Positions 37,937 to 51,621 of a stretch of 64,000 nucleotides of DNA are shown here, one piece after another. Position numbers and translations under genes: made by a program. The notes under the pieces are model-generated. The model was not told the DNA's origin, made no database searches, and saw only the letters and a list, made by a program, of their open reading frames with translations. Every line of letters starts with the position of its first letter. The first letter of the stretch is position 1. This DNA comes from Magallana gigas (taxonomy: Eukaryota): NCBI RefSeq assembly GCF_963853765.1, contig NC_088855.1, positions 39,246,001 through 39,310,000 of the forward strand, given 5' to 3'.

Positions 37937-40584
37937 CACCAAACCCCCCCCCCCCCAAAAAAAAACAAAAAAAAACAAAAACAACTCATGTCTGTGTGAG
38001 TAATTATATCATAAGACAAATCCTAAAAATTGAGAGGATAAAGCACCGGGGGGGGGGGGGGGGGGATGGAGCTTCAGAAGGATTTGTAACAACCTTAGGC
38101 TCTACCAGTCAGTTAGAGAAAAGACGCTTATTCAAAGCTCTCAATGTTGAAATGGAACAAAACTATGTGATCAATTTGACAAGAAAAGGAAACCCATCAA
38201 AATCAGCTTCTTATTGAGATTATAAAGGGGAGGGGGAGTAAATCAAGCCAACTTCCATTTTAGCCAATAGCTCACGTTTAGTATTTGATTAAGGGTGTCA
38301 CTTGATCTGTAGAAGGCGAATAGCAGAATATAGACGAGTACTGTACTACATGACAGATGCAATGTGTTTTTATTGCGTTTCTTTCTTATATATTTTGTTA
38401 CACATATATACGGTTTTGCTCCTCGACAAAAACAAAATTTTCGCCTTGCCTTCTATGGTCGTTAGCAACCCAACAAGTTCTCATAGATAGTCAGAAACAC
38501 TATAGTAAGGCTAAGCATACATTATATTGATTATGCAATCATTTTGTTTCACGAACTTAAAAGATAAACCATTGTTATATAATATTTTTAGGTTGCCTGA
38601 GCTTTGTCTGCTAACATGGTGGCAATTTGTTTGTTCGTATATAATACATTATAAACAAATCAAAAGAAATTTGACTATAGGATAAGTGTTTTATAAAAAC
38701 CCCAATATTTTTTAGCCAAGATTTGGTGGAAAATGATAAAATTATGGTTATAGACTTGAACTATTGTAAGACAGATGAACTCATGCAAATATTTCGCGTT
38801 TTTATCGTGTAGACAGAGCCTTTCCTTAAGTGGAGTGAATTAAAAATAAATAGCGTCCGGATCTGAGAGTTATTGGTCTTTGCTGAGGATGGAATAACGT
38901 TAAAGATGTAAAGAAAAGAGTCACTTACGTATAATTGTGGTCTTAAACGCAATGGTGGCCGGAATTGTCACTGCGCACTTTGGATGTATAATAAACAACT
39001 CGATAACATTGTAAATCATATCAAAACGGTCAAATTTCATTTATGTACATGTAGATAGCAAAACAAATATTTATCATTCAGTTTCAGATATCTAAAGAGA
39101 AAACCCTTATTTAAGATAACACAGATCGTTTAATCAAATTCTACCGAAATTGCATATAACTTACCAATTTGTTTTCCCCTGATCGGTGTCCAGATAGTTT
39201 TAATTTGATATCAAAATAGATTTATTTAATAAACTACTCGTAATAATCAAACGTTTATGACTATGTGACACCAACAGTACAAAACACTTTGTGTATACAC
39301 ACAGGAAATCACAGTCCTTATACGATGATATTACTTCTTAAATTTTACAATTATTTTTATTACAAAATCACTTTATGATGGTATAATGGTGTTTTACTTT
39401 GAGCTATAGGTAATACTTAGTTATTTATAACAAGATATGATTGTAAGCACAGACACAAACAGATAACACTATAGGGATAAAGTCCAAGTGACATTTTTGT
39501 AACTCGAGGGCAAAATTTACAACAACCCCCCCACCCAGAAAAATAAAATGGCAATTTTAACATCAACACTAAAAAAAATAAAAACTGTGGTCAATTCCTG
39601 AAATGGTGTTCTTAGAATTTTATAGATATTGACGTAGCTACAAAAAAGTGCTAAATTTGGCTAAACCTGAGAGACCGCAGATCAATTGATTTCACTAAAC
39701 AGGAGGAAACTTAATTCCAACTTAAAAAAGACTGTCATCTTTGTTTCATTTTAAATCCCCATGTCTGTATCTTGAAGCAAATGTCAGCGGGAACAGAGGA
39801 TGTCTGGAGATCAGCTCAAGCTTCTCTCTGGTGAGCGTGGCCGATAAGACCCCCACTCGCACCATCTGCAAATAAACCGCTTAGCAACTATTGTTAGAAT
39901 TTGGGTATAAAACGACCGTCTTTGCAATGTTCGTCTACCTCAATAGTAAAAATACTATTCATGGAGTAATAAATGATGTTCTAATTGTGAGTATACAACT
40001 GTCGATGCTTTATTTTGTAATAATAGTCAAAATATCCCGACACCAACGTTCCGGTTAAAGCAGGTACTTGTAATTGGTTGAAAGTGAGTACATTTGCAAA
40101 TATCTGTTTGTACTGGTGGGTTGGCACGCTCTTCACGTTCTTCAATTCCATAACATTGGATATCCAATTGGACATATTCTTAGTGTATTGAAAAGCTATC
40201 TAATTCCTCATGTTTCCTTTCAGAATTCTAGTAACCATTTTTTTAAAAAAAAGATCAGAATCTAATAGATGTAAATTTTAGAGAGCAAAATTAAAAAAGA
40301 ATATCTTTAAAATTTTGTTAACTCATTTTAATCTTTGTTTTCATTATTTTCTAACAGAGTTTTGTATTATAATTCGTAGTAAGTTTAAAGAAGATGAGGG
40401 AATAAGATGGCGCAAATGCCCATTCGGTTTAGTAGTGAAATACAATTTTGAATTTATTTTTTCCCAATTAAATCTATTCAGATACATTATGATACGAGTT
40501 TGCAAAAGCACAATTTCTTACTATATTCAGTTTTTAATATATATAACAAAATATAAGAAAAAAAAAAGTATTTCCATAATTTTT

Positions 40585-40665
40585 AGTGGTATCGAACCCA
40601 CACCATAAAAACCTTAAATATACAAGGTTAGCTTATGTCAGGTACTCTAACCACTGAGCCATTTC
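40585..40665 (-). pseudogene. tRNA-derived sequence (Pol III A and B boxes) within a dispersed repeat
   Basis: Minus strand TGGCTCAGTGGTTAGAG ... GTGGGTTCGATACCAC; the anticodon arm is replaced by a longer AT-rich spacer, so this is not a functional cloverleaf. Confidence 0.55.
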
Positions 40666-41199
40666 AGACACAACAATGTAGACTGTTTAAATATTATGTG
40701 TGACTTTGACCACGACTTTACGGACTTAAAACGTTTAGTTGTTAGGATACAAATATATATTTTTAATGTATAGTGGGTCATCTCTCCACGTTTTTGTTGA
40801 TTAAAATCGGTTTGTTTTCCAATAGACCTAATTTAGACTATGAGAAAAATATGGAGCACAGACCCACTCTATAAAAGAAAATGCCCTGAAATTCTAAAAT
40901 ATGACAGTATTTGCAGGTTTGATGCGTATACGCCTGTTTGAGTTAACATATTCCAAGTATTGAAAAAGTTTATAAAAAATCCACGATATGTAAAATGTAT
41001 ATTGTTTTAAATGATTTAAAAAAAAAATATCAGATTTATTGATATTTTAATTTTTCGGTAGCTTGTCCGACCGTGTATGGGCATTTTATACGCCTTATCC
41101 ACCCATCTTCTTTACAAGATACTGAGAATATCTTGTAAATTTACAATTATTTGTGAGTTGTATTAAGTTTATTAGTTTCGTAACAAATTATATTATATT

Positions 41200-41705
41200 A
41201 CATGAGAGTATACATAGGAAAAAAGCACCATCAGGTTAAAAAACTGAAAACATCTGGAAATCAAAAAAGATATCTAAAATAATGGAGAAAAAGCTGAACA
41301 GCAGGAATGTAGGAACAGGGCAACTATATGCCGCTTAAAACTTGGAGAACAAACATGGAGATAAAAAGCCTACTTCGTGGGTTTGAAGGCAGATGCTTAA
41401 GGCAAATAATGGGTATTAAATAATTTTTATTGTAAATGGCTGAAAGAACAAAAATAGATGATATAAATATTGAAATGGTGATATAGAGATATAGAGAATA
41501 ACGTTGTCAGAAGATCTTTGAAATCGACTCCACCCGGGAAAAGGAAGCCTGGAAGAACATAGAAACAGATGGAGGAAGCATGATATGACATCAAAAGAAA
41601 TGCAAATGATAGATGTGGATGGAGATACCTTGTTGCCTCCTTATGTGCAGAAATACATGAAGAAGATTAAGTCAGGCAGTAAGTAAGCAAACAAGTAAGT
41701 TGGTA
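41200..41705 (+). mobile_element. Highly decayed RTE-clade LINE 3' end
   Basis: Frame fragments LRGFEGRCLRQIMGIK (from 41373), TPTREKEAWK/GKRKPGR-like, DRCGWRYLVASLCAEIHEED* (41608-41670), followed by a (TAAG)n-like tail. Confidence 0.7.
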
Positions 41706-42370
41706 ACAGGAAATTGGGGAGAGATGGATATGAAACTCATAGGGGTTATTTTTCTTTTTGATTTTCTTGATTGATTATATTACGGCAAAGTTGTTCTTGT
41801 TGTATGTTCTAGAGTCGAGAATGTCATTAATGAAACAGTATGTTTAATTCTTGCATTGGGATGCTTACAAAAATACAGGCATCATTTCGGAATTTGTTTT
41901 TTAGCTAGCATACGACCGTTTCGAACATATTTTTATAAATCATTAATAAATGCCATGTCAGTTATCTAGGAAAAAAAACTACGTACATAATACTGGCACT
42001 AACCAGATTGCTGAATGTGCAGTGTGTATGTTTATGTTGCCTTGTTAGTACAAAATAATCATATTTCTTTTTAAGTCAAGTACATTCACAAGGCCACGTT
42101 GAGTGGCTCCTTTGCTTTACGCATGTAATATTTTTCTCTCTAGATAACAGTTCAAATTTTCTCAATCTAATTAAAATTAGAACTTCCATCCGCTCCCCGG
42201 TTTTCGATATGTCGCGTGGAAGATCTAACAACATCCCATTAAGGGTCACGTCAGAGTTCAATATGAATACATTATCTTATTTTTTAACAAGCCAATCAAA
42301 ATATGGATCAACCTTTTCAAGCACCCAATCAGAAAGCGTCTTTCTTGCTTGATTCGTTTATGCTTACAAG

Positions 42371-44684
42371 ATGGCGGCGTCCACGATAGAAGCGTTAGTT
42401 TGCGATTTATTACCAGTTTTTGGAGTCGATGCGTTAAAGGACGAACAAAAAACAATACTACAGTGTCTGATGAATAAAACGGACTGCATGGCAGTTCTTC
42501 CCACGGGCTATGGAAAGTCCCTGCCTTATCAGATGTACAGTTTGGTAAACCGACGACTGACGAGTGATAAAGAAATCGTTCTCGTGTGCTGTCCACTTGT
42601 GGCCTTAATGCAAGATCAAGTAGAAAAAATGTCAAAGATTCCAGGTGTGAAATCAGCCTACGCAGGTATTTACCTTTCTATTTTTTTTTTCAGCAATAAT
42701 GTTGCAAAAATCACTTGCTACATGTATGGGTAATAATACCGTTGATATAAAACAATGATACTTGGATTGTAAACATATAAAAGAAAAGCTGTTAAGGTTA
42801 AGTTTTGATATGATTACAAATAATTCAGAAATTGTGAGATAACTGAATGTAGAATTTTAGGCAATTTAGTGTCATCTCCTATAAGTTTGCCAAAGAGGCC
42901 CCTATATCAACATTTGATAGAAAATTTCTGTTTCCATGCAATCTTATCTTTAAACAAAAAGATTAATTATATGGCCAAGTTTAAATATTCTTCTCACTCT
43001 TTGAAAGCATGACTAATATTATAACAAGGTAATTTTTCACTCGGACTATTTGTTTACAAGTCAGTTTGTTTACGAGTTGACTGTAATTCGTAATATTTAC
43101 TCATTTGTACTTATCAAATTCCATGGCATTTTCTTTTCCCGTTAGGTTCATGTCCACAGAGTGACATTGAAATAAAGGAAGGCAAAGTGGACATCATATA
43201 TGCATCGCCAGAAACCTTGGTAGGTGATCCAGAATGGAGGGCAAGCATCCAAAATTTGCCAGTGTCTGTGCTTGTCATAGACGAATTCCACACAATTGCT
43301 ACATGGTATGTTTAATTAAAAATACAGGTATTATTTATCAAGTTCCATACTGAACTATGTTCTCTGAAGATACTGAATAACTGATGACAAAAACAAAAAA
43401 AATATAATTTTTTTTGTCACTCATTTGTCTGGAACATGTCATTGTCAAAAACTATATGGATTCAGGAATAATGCATGTGCAAACACCAAAATTATCAGTG
43501 ATAAAAATGTTCACATCTCAAAAGCTGAGCTACAGATTTTATACCAGTGTTTATATATATAATTGTTCATATTAAATTTCTTCAGTTAGTCCAAATCAAT
43601 TAAGAAAAAAATTATCTACTTAATGGAAATGTCCCTCCATATAAATTAGCATTGGCACCATTAATTACTGGTATTTGATTAATCTTCATACTGCACAATA
43701 TATTGATAAATATACCTGGTTTCAAAGTTTTGTTGAAATCTTTTTTACAGGGGGGACGATAGTGAAAGTCAAGGCAAGGAAACATTTCGTAAATGGTTTA
43801 ATGATGTTGGAGAATTACGCTCCCTTTACCCAAGATCATCAGTGTTGGCACTCAGTGCAACGTGCACTATAAAGATTAGAAAGAGGGTGATGAAGGTACT
43901 GCATTTAGCTGACAATTTCAAAGAGATAGTTATTTCTCCAAATAAAACAAATATTAGAATATCAGTAGCCAAAGTATCAAACACTGTAGAAACAGCAATG
44001 CATTGGCTTATCGAGGGGCTGAGTGAACTCAAAGAAAAATTTCCAAGAACGATTATATATTGCACCTCGATAAAGGATGTCTCTGAAATTTATTCATATG
44101 TTACAAAGGAATTACCTTTCACTTCAACTTTACTGGAAATGTTTCATTCTGAAACCCCACAGACCAAAAAACAAAGAATCCTGGAAAGTCTAACAAACAT
44201 TACAGGGGAAATCAAAATTGTTATTGCCACTAGCGCATTGGGCATGGGATTGGATGTGAAAAATTGTCACAGTGTCGTATTATTTGGACCACCTGTGCAA
44301 ATTGTTGACCTGCTTCAAGAAATCGGACGAGTCGGCAGGGATGGAGGACCTTCAGTTGCTATTATTTTATATAACTGTTATCATCTTAGAAAACTCTCAT
44401 CAGATGTGAAAGAAATTTTGAAATCAACTGACTGTAGGAGAATTTCATTGATGCAGTGTTTTTTAAAGCCAGAAGCTATTGCATTGCTTAAAGAGAATGA
44501 AAGCAGGAAACACACATGTTGTGATTTATGTAAAACTAAATGCAAGTGTCAGAACTGTAGTATGCTTCCACTGGAAGAAATCTATTACCATTCATCGGTA
44601 AGCGTCAATCAGAAAGACAGTGATATTTCTGACAGTGATACAGAGGAGTACTTCTCCAATGATGAAAATTTAGAATTGTCTTGA
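42371..44684 (+). CDS. RecQ-like SF2 DExH helicase carried by the transposon, 462 aa
   Basis: Exons 42371-42665, 43146-43305, 43751-44684 (1389 nt, open). Motifs LPTGYGKS (I), CPLVALMQDQ (Ia), VIDEFH (II), LSAT (III), IIYC (IV), ATSALGMGLD (V), QEIGRVGRDG (VI), CRR...CCDLC Zn-binding region; no HRDC or long N-terminus. Confidence 0.93.
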
Positions 44685-45096
44685 TCAAATAAAAATTGAA
44701 CTTTTTACTGCTTTTATTTATATGCGAGAAAAATTACTTAAATTGATTTTTGCTAAAATATCAAACTTTTTAAACAGTAATTAGGCTGTCCAAAGTCAAT
44801 TCTATATTTATTGTCACCTTCGAAATACATTACCTACTGTACAAGGAAGATTAAAGTTGGACTTATAATAAGTTATTTTTCAAAATGGCAATTTCTTCAT
44901 GTTTGTTGGTGATGTTCAACAAAAAATTATCTTTGGACAGCCTTAGTGAGGGTGAATTAAAGGCAAGAATCTTGAAAAACATCCACAGAAAAATTTTCAC
45001 TGTGACATTATTTACTTTAGATGACTGTTCAATATTAACATGACATGGATGATAATTCCTGTACTACAATAATACAATGTACAATCATTATGTTAA

Positions 45097-45438
45097 GGTA
45101 CTTCACTACACCAAGACTTGTACTTTTCAAGACGCTACGTCACAAGATGGCGATTTAAATGTTTCGTTAAACTGTTTGTATCAATTGACTCAGATGTATA
45201 TCGTAATAGCTCAGTGGTTAAAGTATCAGGCTTGTGAACCGCAGGTCATGAACTCGAATCCGACTGGGGCTTTTGTTTATGTTTACTGAATGAAATTTTT
45301 GAAAATGTCATTTTTTATCTAAAATTGCACATTTTTTCGCCTATTTGACACATATACTTCTTATCCATCATGCTATCTATCATAATCAAGTAATTTTCTG
45401 GTGAATTAAGAAACTACTTCAAGGTGTAGTGAGGTACC
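45097..45438. mobile_element. 342-bp Kolobok-like MITE nested between the helicase and transposase 3' ends, carrying a tRNA-derived core
   Basis: ttaa|GGTACTTCACTACACC ... GGTGTAGTGAGGTACC|ttaa; internal TAGCTCAGTGG (A box) and GAACTCGAATCC (B-box-like) followed by TTTT at ~45205-45275. Confidence 0.8.
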
Positions 45439-45443
45439 TTAAG

Positions 45444-48400
45444 CTAAATATGATGACTTCGGAGTCGTCGGTATGGTAAGCTTGGCTTGTGGCGATGAAT
45501 CATTTCTGGAAGTCCAGAGTAACAGTTTTCAAAAGGGTTTTTGTCATTAACAAGGCATCTGCATTGTAATTGACGTTTTGGAATGTTACACAGTACATTA
45601 TGTTTCACCAAATCTAAGGCAACTTTTTTAACATCATCATGGTAATTTGGTAAGTGATGAAATCCTTTCCTTGGGTTCATATCGCTGATTGACTCCAAAT
45701 GTTGCACAAATCCAACTAAATGCGGATATTCCTTTGAATGCTCTATAATACTTTTTTTAGTCTGATGTCCTGAACAGGCTATTTTGCTTTCCCGGTTTAA
45801 TATCTCGAGGTATTCATCCAAAGCTATGTTATTGTTTCGCCCTCCTTGTACATTGACAAATCGATTAGCAACCAAACGCTCACATTGCTCCTCTTCAAGT
45901 ACTCCAGATGTCAAAGCTGATAAATGAATAGAACCAATCACATACTTGACTTTTCTTGTTCTGTTATAAATAGGTAGTTCATACTTAGTAGAACGTACTG
46001 AACGCTCACCGTCTCCCATATCTACAGCAGTGTCAAGGTTTTTGTGCAGCAAGGTTAACTTAAACAGCAGAGAAATGTAGTCTTGTAATTCATCCGAGTC
46101 ATTTTTTTTCTTTGGCTTTTTATCCTTCATAACAACGAAATTATGAACTTTAGATTCATGCGACTTTAATGAACCTATAAAAGCATAATCCTTTTCACAA
46201 AAGTGACACTTAATCCGACCACCTTCACAAATGTTTTCAGTCCAGTAATTTTCAGGGTGATTGGGATCTGATAGTACTTCTCTAAGGGATTGACAAATAT
46301 CTGTGCCATTGTCAAAAAACCACTTCTGTACAATTTCTTCACAAATGTCATTCAACCAATGCAATTTCTGCTCCTCTGTAAAATTCTGAAAATGTTCTGG
46401 TACAGGAATATCGCTTTCAAAATCCTTTAACCCAAAATGATTATAGAAAAGTGCCATGATTATACCATCCAAAACAGTATAGTATAACATTTTGTGTGGT
46501 CGATATGAATTCTTTACTTTTCCTTTGACATTTCTCATGTTAAGGACATTTCTATAATAATAAACAGTTCCAGGATCACTTGCACTTTCTGTACTGAATG
46601 TCATCTTGTGTATTGCCTAAAATTTAAATATATCAATTTAAATATTGAATGCTTGGTAATTAATTTTGGAAACAATGGTATAATAATATCAAAATTAAGA
46701 ATGATTTAGCTAACCATACACAAATATTTCTTAAAATTTTAATGTGAAAAAATTGCCTTCAACCATAGCAAAAATTGTACCTCTAAGAAATTCATGAGAC
46801 GGTGGAAATCCTCTGTCTTAGAAATAAACCCCTCTAGCCTCTCTTTCGCAGAACCTGCATTGCTCATTGCTTGTTGAGCTCCCTGCACTCGTTCGTCGGT
46901 GAGTCGGTCTCCTGAAAATGAATAAGATATTATGCAATATGCATACAACTTATAAATCAGTAGCCAACTGTGGACCATCTGAAAGAATTTTCACTATTCT
47001 GAGATTCATATATCAGTGTACCTGAGATCCATAAATAGATGGATTGCATTAATGTTAATTTCTCACAGGTAAGATATACATGATATTAAGTAGGATATAA
47101 GCTATAGATATACTCCCATAACAAGATCTGATATCAGTTTTTAGGCTTGAATACAGGGTTGGATGGGTTCTAAATTTCATTTCTTTGAAAACAAGCTTAT
47201 ATTCATAGTATTGAAGATGTGACATTGTGTAAATATTTCTACTTGTAGAGGTGTTAACTATTAAATTAAAAAAAAAATATAAAAGACAAACCTCCAAAAA
47301 ATACTGGCTCAACAATTTCATCATCTTTCATTGGCACATACATGTTTGTTAGCTTCTTCAGCAACTGGACAACATCAGCAGTTTTTGTTTCGTTACAGTC
47401 ATACAATCCAAGTGGATACTGCAAAATAAAATGCATACAATGTACATATAGTTATAAGAATGATATTGGATTATAAACATTAATGAGGTACTTACTTATC
47501 ATAAGCAATATTTATATAACAATCTATAATCTAAAATATGGCCAATTATTAGTTTAAGCTAATTTCCGAGACGTGATTATGCTCATAAGCTTTCGGTAGG
47601 TACATATTATGGGATGGGATGGTCATACAAACAATGCTGGCACATATTAATTTGCTCCTTCTTTTAACTACTTTATAATTCAATCTAAATCACCTGAGTG
47701 GTCTTCAAACCAGCAAAGCGACTGTATTTGTGCTCAAGATGATCAGGATATATTTTGTGGAACAAATTTCCAATCTGTGGTATGTTTTCAATGACAGAAC
47801 GTGCACATAGAAAGGTCATTTCCTTTAACAGAAGCTCCTGTTCTTGAGTTGATGGAATGAATTTCAGATTGTCAAGTTCTGGTCTATTCTCTGTCAGGGA
47901 GTTTGTTGAAGATGCTGGTACAACCCGATCCACAATGGCATACATATTAAAGAGATGAAGCGAGAGGGTTTTTCTATCTGAAGTTCTATAAGATGGTAGT
48001 ATATTCTTATCCCAGTTATCGCCTATGATCTGGAACTTCGTCTGATCACCTTCTGCCCATGAGTCTCTAATAGAAACCAAATCCATGTCTAAATTGTCTT
48101 GCCAGCTGATAAGTTTCTTGTGAACGGTTTGTGGGTGGACACTAAATCCAATTTTAGACAACCTCTCAATATCCTGTTATGAAGATTAAAAAGAAATATA
48201 GATTAAAATTTGCACAGCATGGCTCCTGCAAATTAAAAATGTTATGCTAGTTCAGCACAAACCTGATGCATACTTTGTATATCCTAGATATAAATTACCA
48301 ATTTTAAAATGATATGGTTGGCAGAAAACCACAATTACAACTGCAATTTAAAATAGACTTAGTAAATTATATACATGTACATGTATAACTTACCCGTTGC

Positions 48401-51400
48401 GTGCAACCTCCATGTGTAAGTATAAACCCGGTAAAGTAATGCATCAATGACATCTCCTGATTTCTACCATGTAGTGCCACTGCAGCAGCTAACATGATAT
48501 GAACAAAGGGTTTACTGGGAGGTGCAGGCGGGATGTCACATACAACAGATGATAGTAATTCAAGAAGTGAAGGACAGGTTCTGCTCAAGTCATCATACAT
48601 ATCTTTCCAATGGAAGCCAAAGAAGTTATGATAGTCTTTTCTCTGTAACAGGGAATTTCCTCTCTTGCATGTTCTTTGAGACTCCTCCTTCAGAATTTGC
48701 CCTGCACCATGAATTACTGCTGACTTATTTGCTTTGCAAATACTATCAACTATGATTTTTTCCACACCTTTTCCTCTGATGAATGCTTTACATATAGTTT
48801 TGTGTGCATCATTTGTGATTTCAACACTCTTCTTTCCACTGGCATAATACACGGACACCTATAAACGCAAATATCAAAATCTAAAGTTAACAAGGTCAAC
48901 ACTTGTCAGTACTGTTTGAATTTTTGAATTTAAACTGATCATTAATATCAGCATCAAATTTTCATTGGAGTATCTCAGTTGTAAGTGTTCATCATTACAC
49001 AAAATAATTTAACATTTTCTTAAAGCTCCTTCATTTTTTCTAATGCCAATTCATTTGTCCTTTTATATACTTAAAAAGCTGATTTAGACAAAAGTACATT
49101 ACAATATTCAGTTACTTGCATTGGCAAGGTTACTTGTTGGAAATTTAATACTGGTAGACATTGGTTGGTCATTATGTTGATTTTAACCTGTACAACAAAA
49201 TCAGAAACAAAAACAAAGAAATAATTTAACAGTTCAATAAAACAAAAATCAATTAAGGACTATAAGGAACAATGAAAATTTATACATGTTTACATTTGAG
49301 TCATGACTGCTTAATATAAAATTTGATATTTAAACCAACAAGTAGTTTGTTGGCAATAAGAATTTTACATTTTTTTTTTTTTTACAATATTTGAATCAGT
49401 GTGACAAATGTCAGATAGAAAATAAAACATGTATAAATCAGAATTTTTTTTACAATAGTCTCCTCTAGTAATATACCGTAATCTCAGAGAGATTTTGACT
49501 GAAAAATTTTGACCGATCCGTCAAAATCTTTTAGTCTCAACAAATCTTAATGAGATTACTAGTGAAGGTTTAAGTTTAAAGTTTTCCAAAGATTTCTGTC
49601 ATTGGAAAACTTTTAAAAACAACTTTGGAAGTCTTTTGTAAAATAAAAAAAAAAATTGTATGAATGAATTGAATACCGATACATAAATTTGAAGTAGGTG
49701 GAAAATGACCGACTACCTACATAGATATTCAAAAGAGCAGTGATTATCTTTCTGGGTGTATTCATTTATTGACATTGGAACCCTTAAGTATTTATTTTAT
49801 GGTATATATCGGTACACAAAACATACTGTTAAAGGAATGTTCAACACAGTTAATTAACAAGTTCCCTACATTTCTACATAACATTCAAATAAAACAGGTG
49901 TAATCTAAGACTAATCGAAACAAACGAAATTGAAAAAAAAAAAAATTTGTAACATTGCACCTCAACTTTCCCATCTAGACAACACTGGTCCGATTTTAGT
50001 GCGCTTGAGAATAAGGCCCTCTTAGAGGATTTAGGAACTGATTCTGTTACAATTCATCATAAATTTATCAATACAATAAAAATATTTTCTATCATGATTT
50101 GGGGCAGTAAATACATAATTAGCATTATAACATTTTCAACACTTAACAACTACTAAATGTTTTGAATTAACCTCAATCCGTCTAATAGTGTGGAATGAAT
50201 GTCACTAAGATCTTAAGATCGCTTAAACCCTTGTATTTCCAAACTAGATGTAACATCGATGAAGAAGAAAAATCCAGAATAAATTGATAATACAAGATAA
50301 AAATTATTTAAAACAAATATTTTATTTTAGATCGCTACTCACCAACGACCAATTCTCTCCAAGTACCATTTCCTGCCAGTAAATTGTTGCGTCAAAAATA
50401 AAAGAGGTGGCAAGAATTGGTACTTGGTGAGAATTGATTGTCTGCCAGTATATTCAAATTAAATTTATGATTTATTTGTGTTTCATGTTTACATGTACTT
50501 ACAACAACAACAACATATCACTCAGTTAAAATTATATAACGAGTACTTCATGTGAAATATGGTCATATTTTATTATTTCATACATTCATAACTTCAATTT
50601 TTTAAAACAAATCCAACATACCTTGTTTCTCCTTTGGTGCAATAGGGATATTGGTGGATGCACTAAATTCCGGTGGACAGGTGACTGGTAGAGACAGCTG
50701 TGAATATAATGTAGTAAATCATAAAATCTTTAATCATACATGTCATACATGTATAACTTCAAATAGAGTAGATAAATAACCAAATCCTATTGATTAAAAC
50801 ACAGTTGATATACATCTGTATCTGTATTTACCGGGTAGTTTAATATATGGACAATACAGTTAATTCTTTCAGACATAGGCGTCAGAACAGGGGGTGCATT
50901 TTGGACAACTATATTCCTGGTTATTTTTTGTTTAGTTTTTTTGCTTGTCAACATTCCTGATAAGCCTAGCCCTTCACTTTCAATTTGCTTCCGACGCCAA
51001 TGTCAGATTAAAACGGCAAAATCTTCATTATCTTCATATTGTAAACAATAAAGTGAATGTCTACCTGTTAATTGATATAGAGGAATTTCGAATTACTTCC
51101 TACATCCCATAACAGTATGACAGCAGACTTACCTCAGTTTTCTGCCATTCTGTTGTATTCGTCAGGTCCTTAAATGGCGCTATTTGCACGAGCTTTCGAT
51201 ATGATAGGTTCACCAATGTCTGCTTTTTTGAAGATGGCATGGACGGGCTTCTCAGCATTCGTTTACTTATGGATTTTCTCCTAGGTGAGGGCAGTTGTAG
51301 CATGTGTGATTTCATTGTGGTTTCTGCAATTTCGCGGAATCTCTGCTTGGTTATCTGGTTTTTTTCTTCCGTCTTTAAAATAGACTCTACTGATCTGTAA

Positions 51401-51621
51401 CATTTTTTGCAAACGCCAGCATTCGTTGCTACATCAATGTCTGGCAGTCCGGTAATCTTCTTTACATTGTCGACTCTTTCCTTATTTAATTTTAACTTAA
51501 TATCAAAAAACTTGTGAATTTTCTCTCCACCATCCGTTTTTTCAATTTGAATGAAGGAAAATCCGCATAGAATGCAAACGTCTGACAAAACACACGTTTT
51601 TCGAGGTGTTGATGCAGCCAT
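45444..51621 (-). CDS. Academ-type transposase, ~1007-1030 aa
   Basis: Phase-consistent exons 51621-51133, 50697-50622, 50043-49961, (optional 49187-49134 or 49116), 48858-48394, 48173-47694, 47418-47292, 46911-46781, 46616-45444; no stops. N-terminal C-x2-C...C-x2-C; acidic motifs IIGDNWD, FGGDRLT, EDFHRL, ALDEYLEILNR; inserted C2H2 finger CHFCEKDYAFIGSLKSHESKVH. Confidence 0.82.

Noticed and set aside
42371-44684. Host RecQ/WRN/BLM helicase gene
   Set aside because: It is a minimal helicase core enclosed with a transposase between perfect TIRs and a 9-bp TSD, so it is better explained as transposon-encoded.
45205-45275. Functional tRNA gene
   Set aside because: The acceptor, anticodon and T stems do not pair properly, the anticodon loop is 8 nt, and it lies inside a MITE. 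The same applies to 40585-40665.
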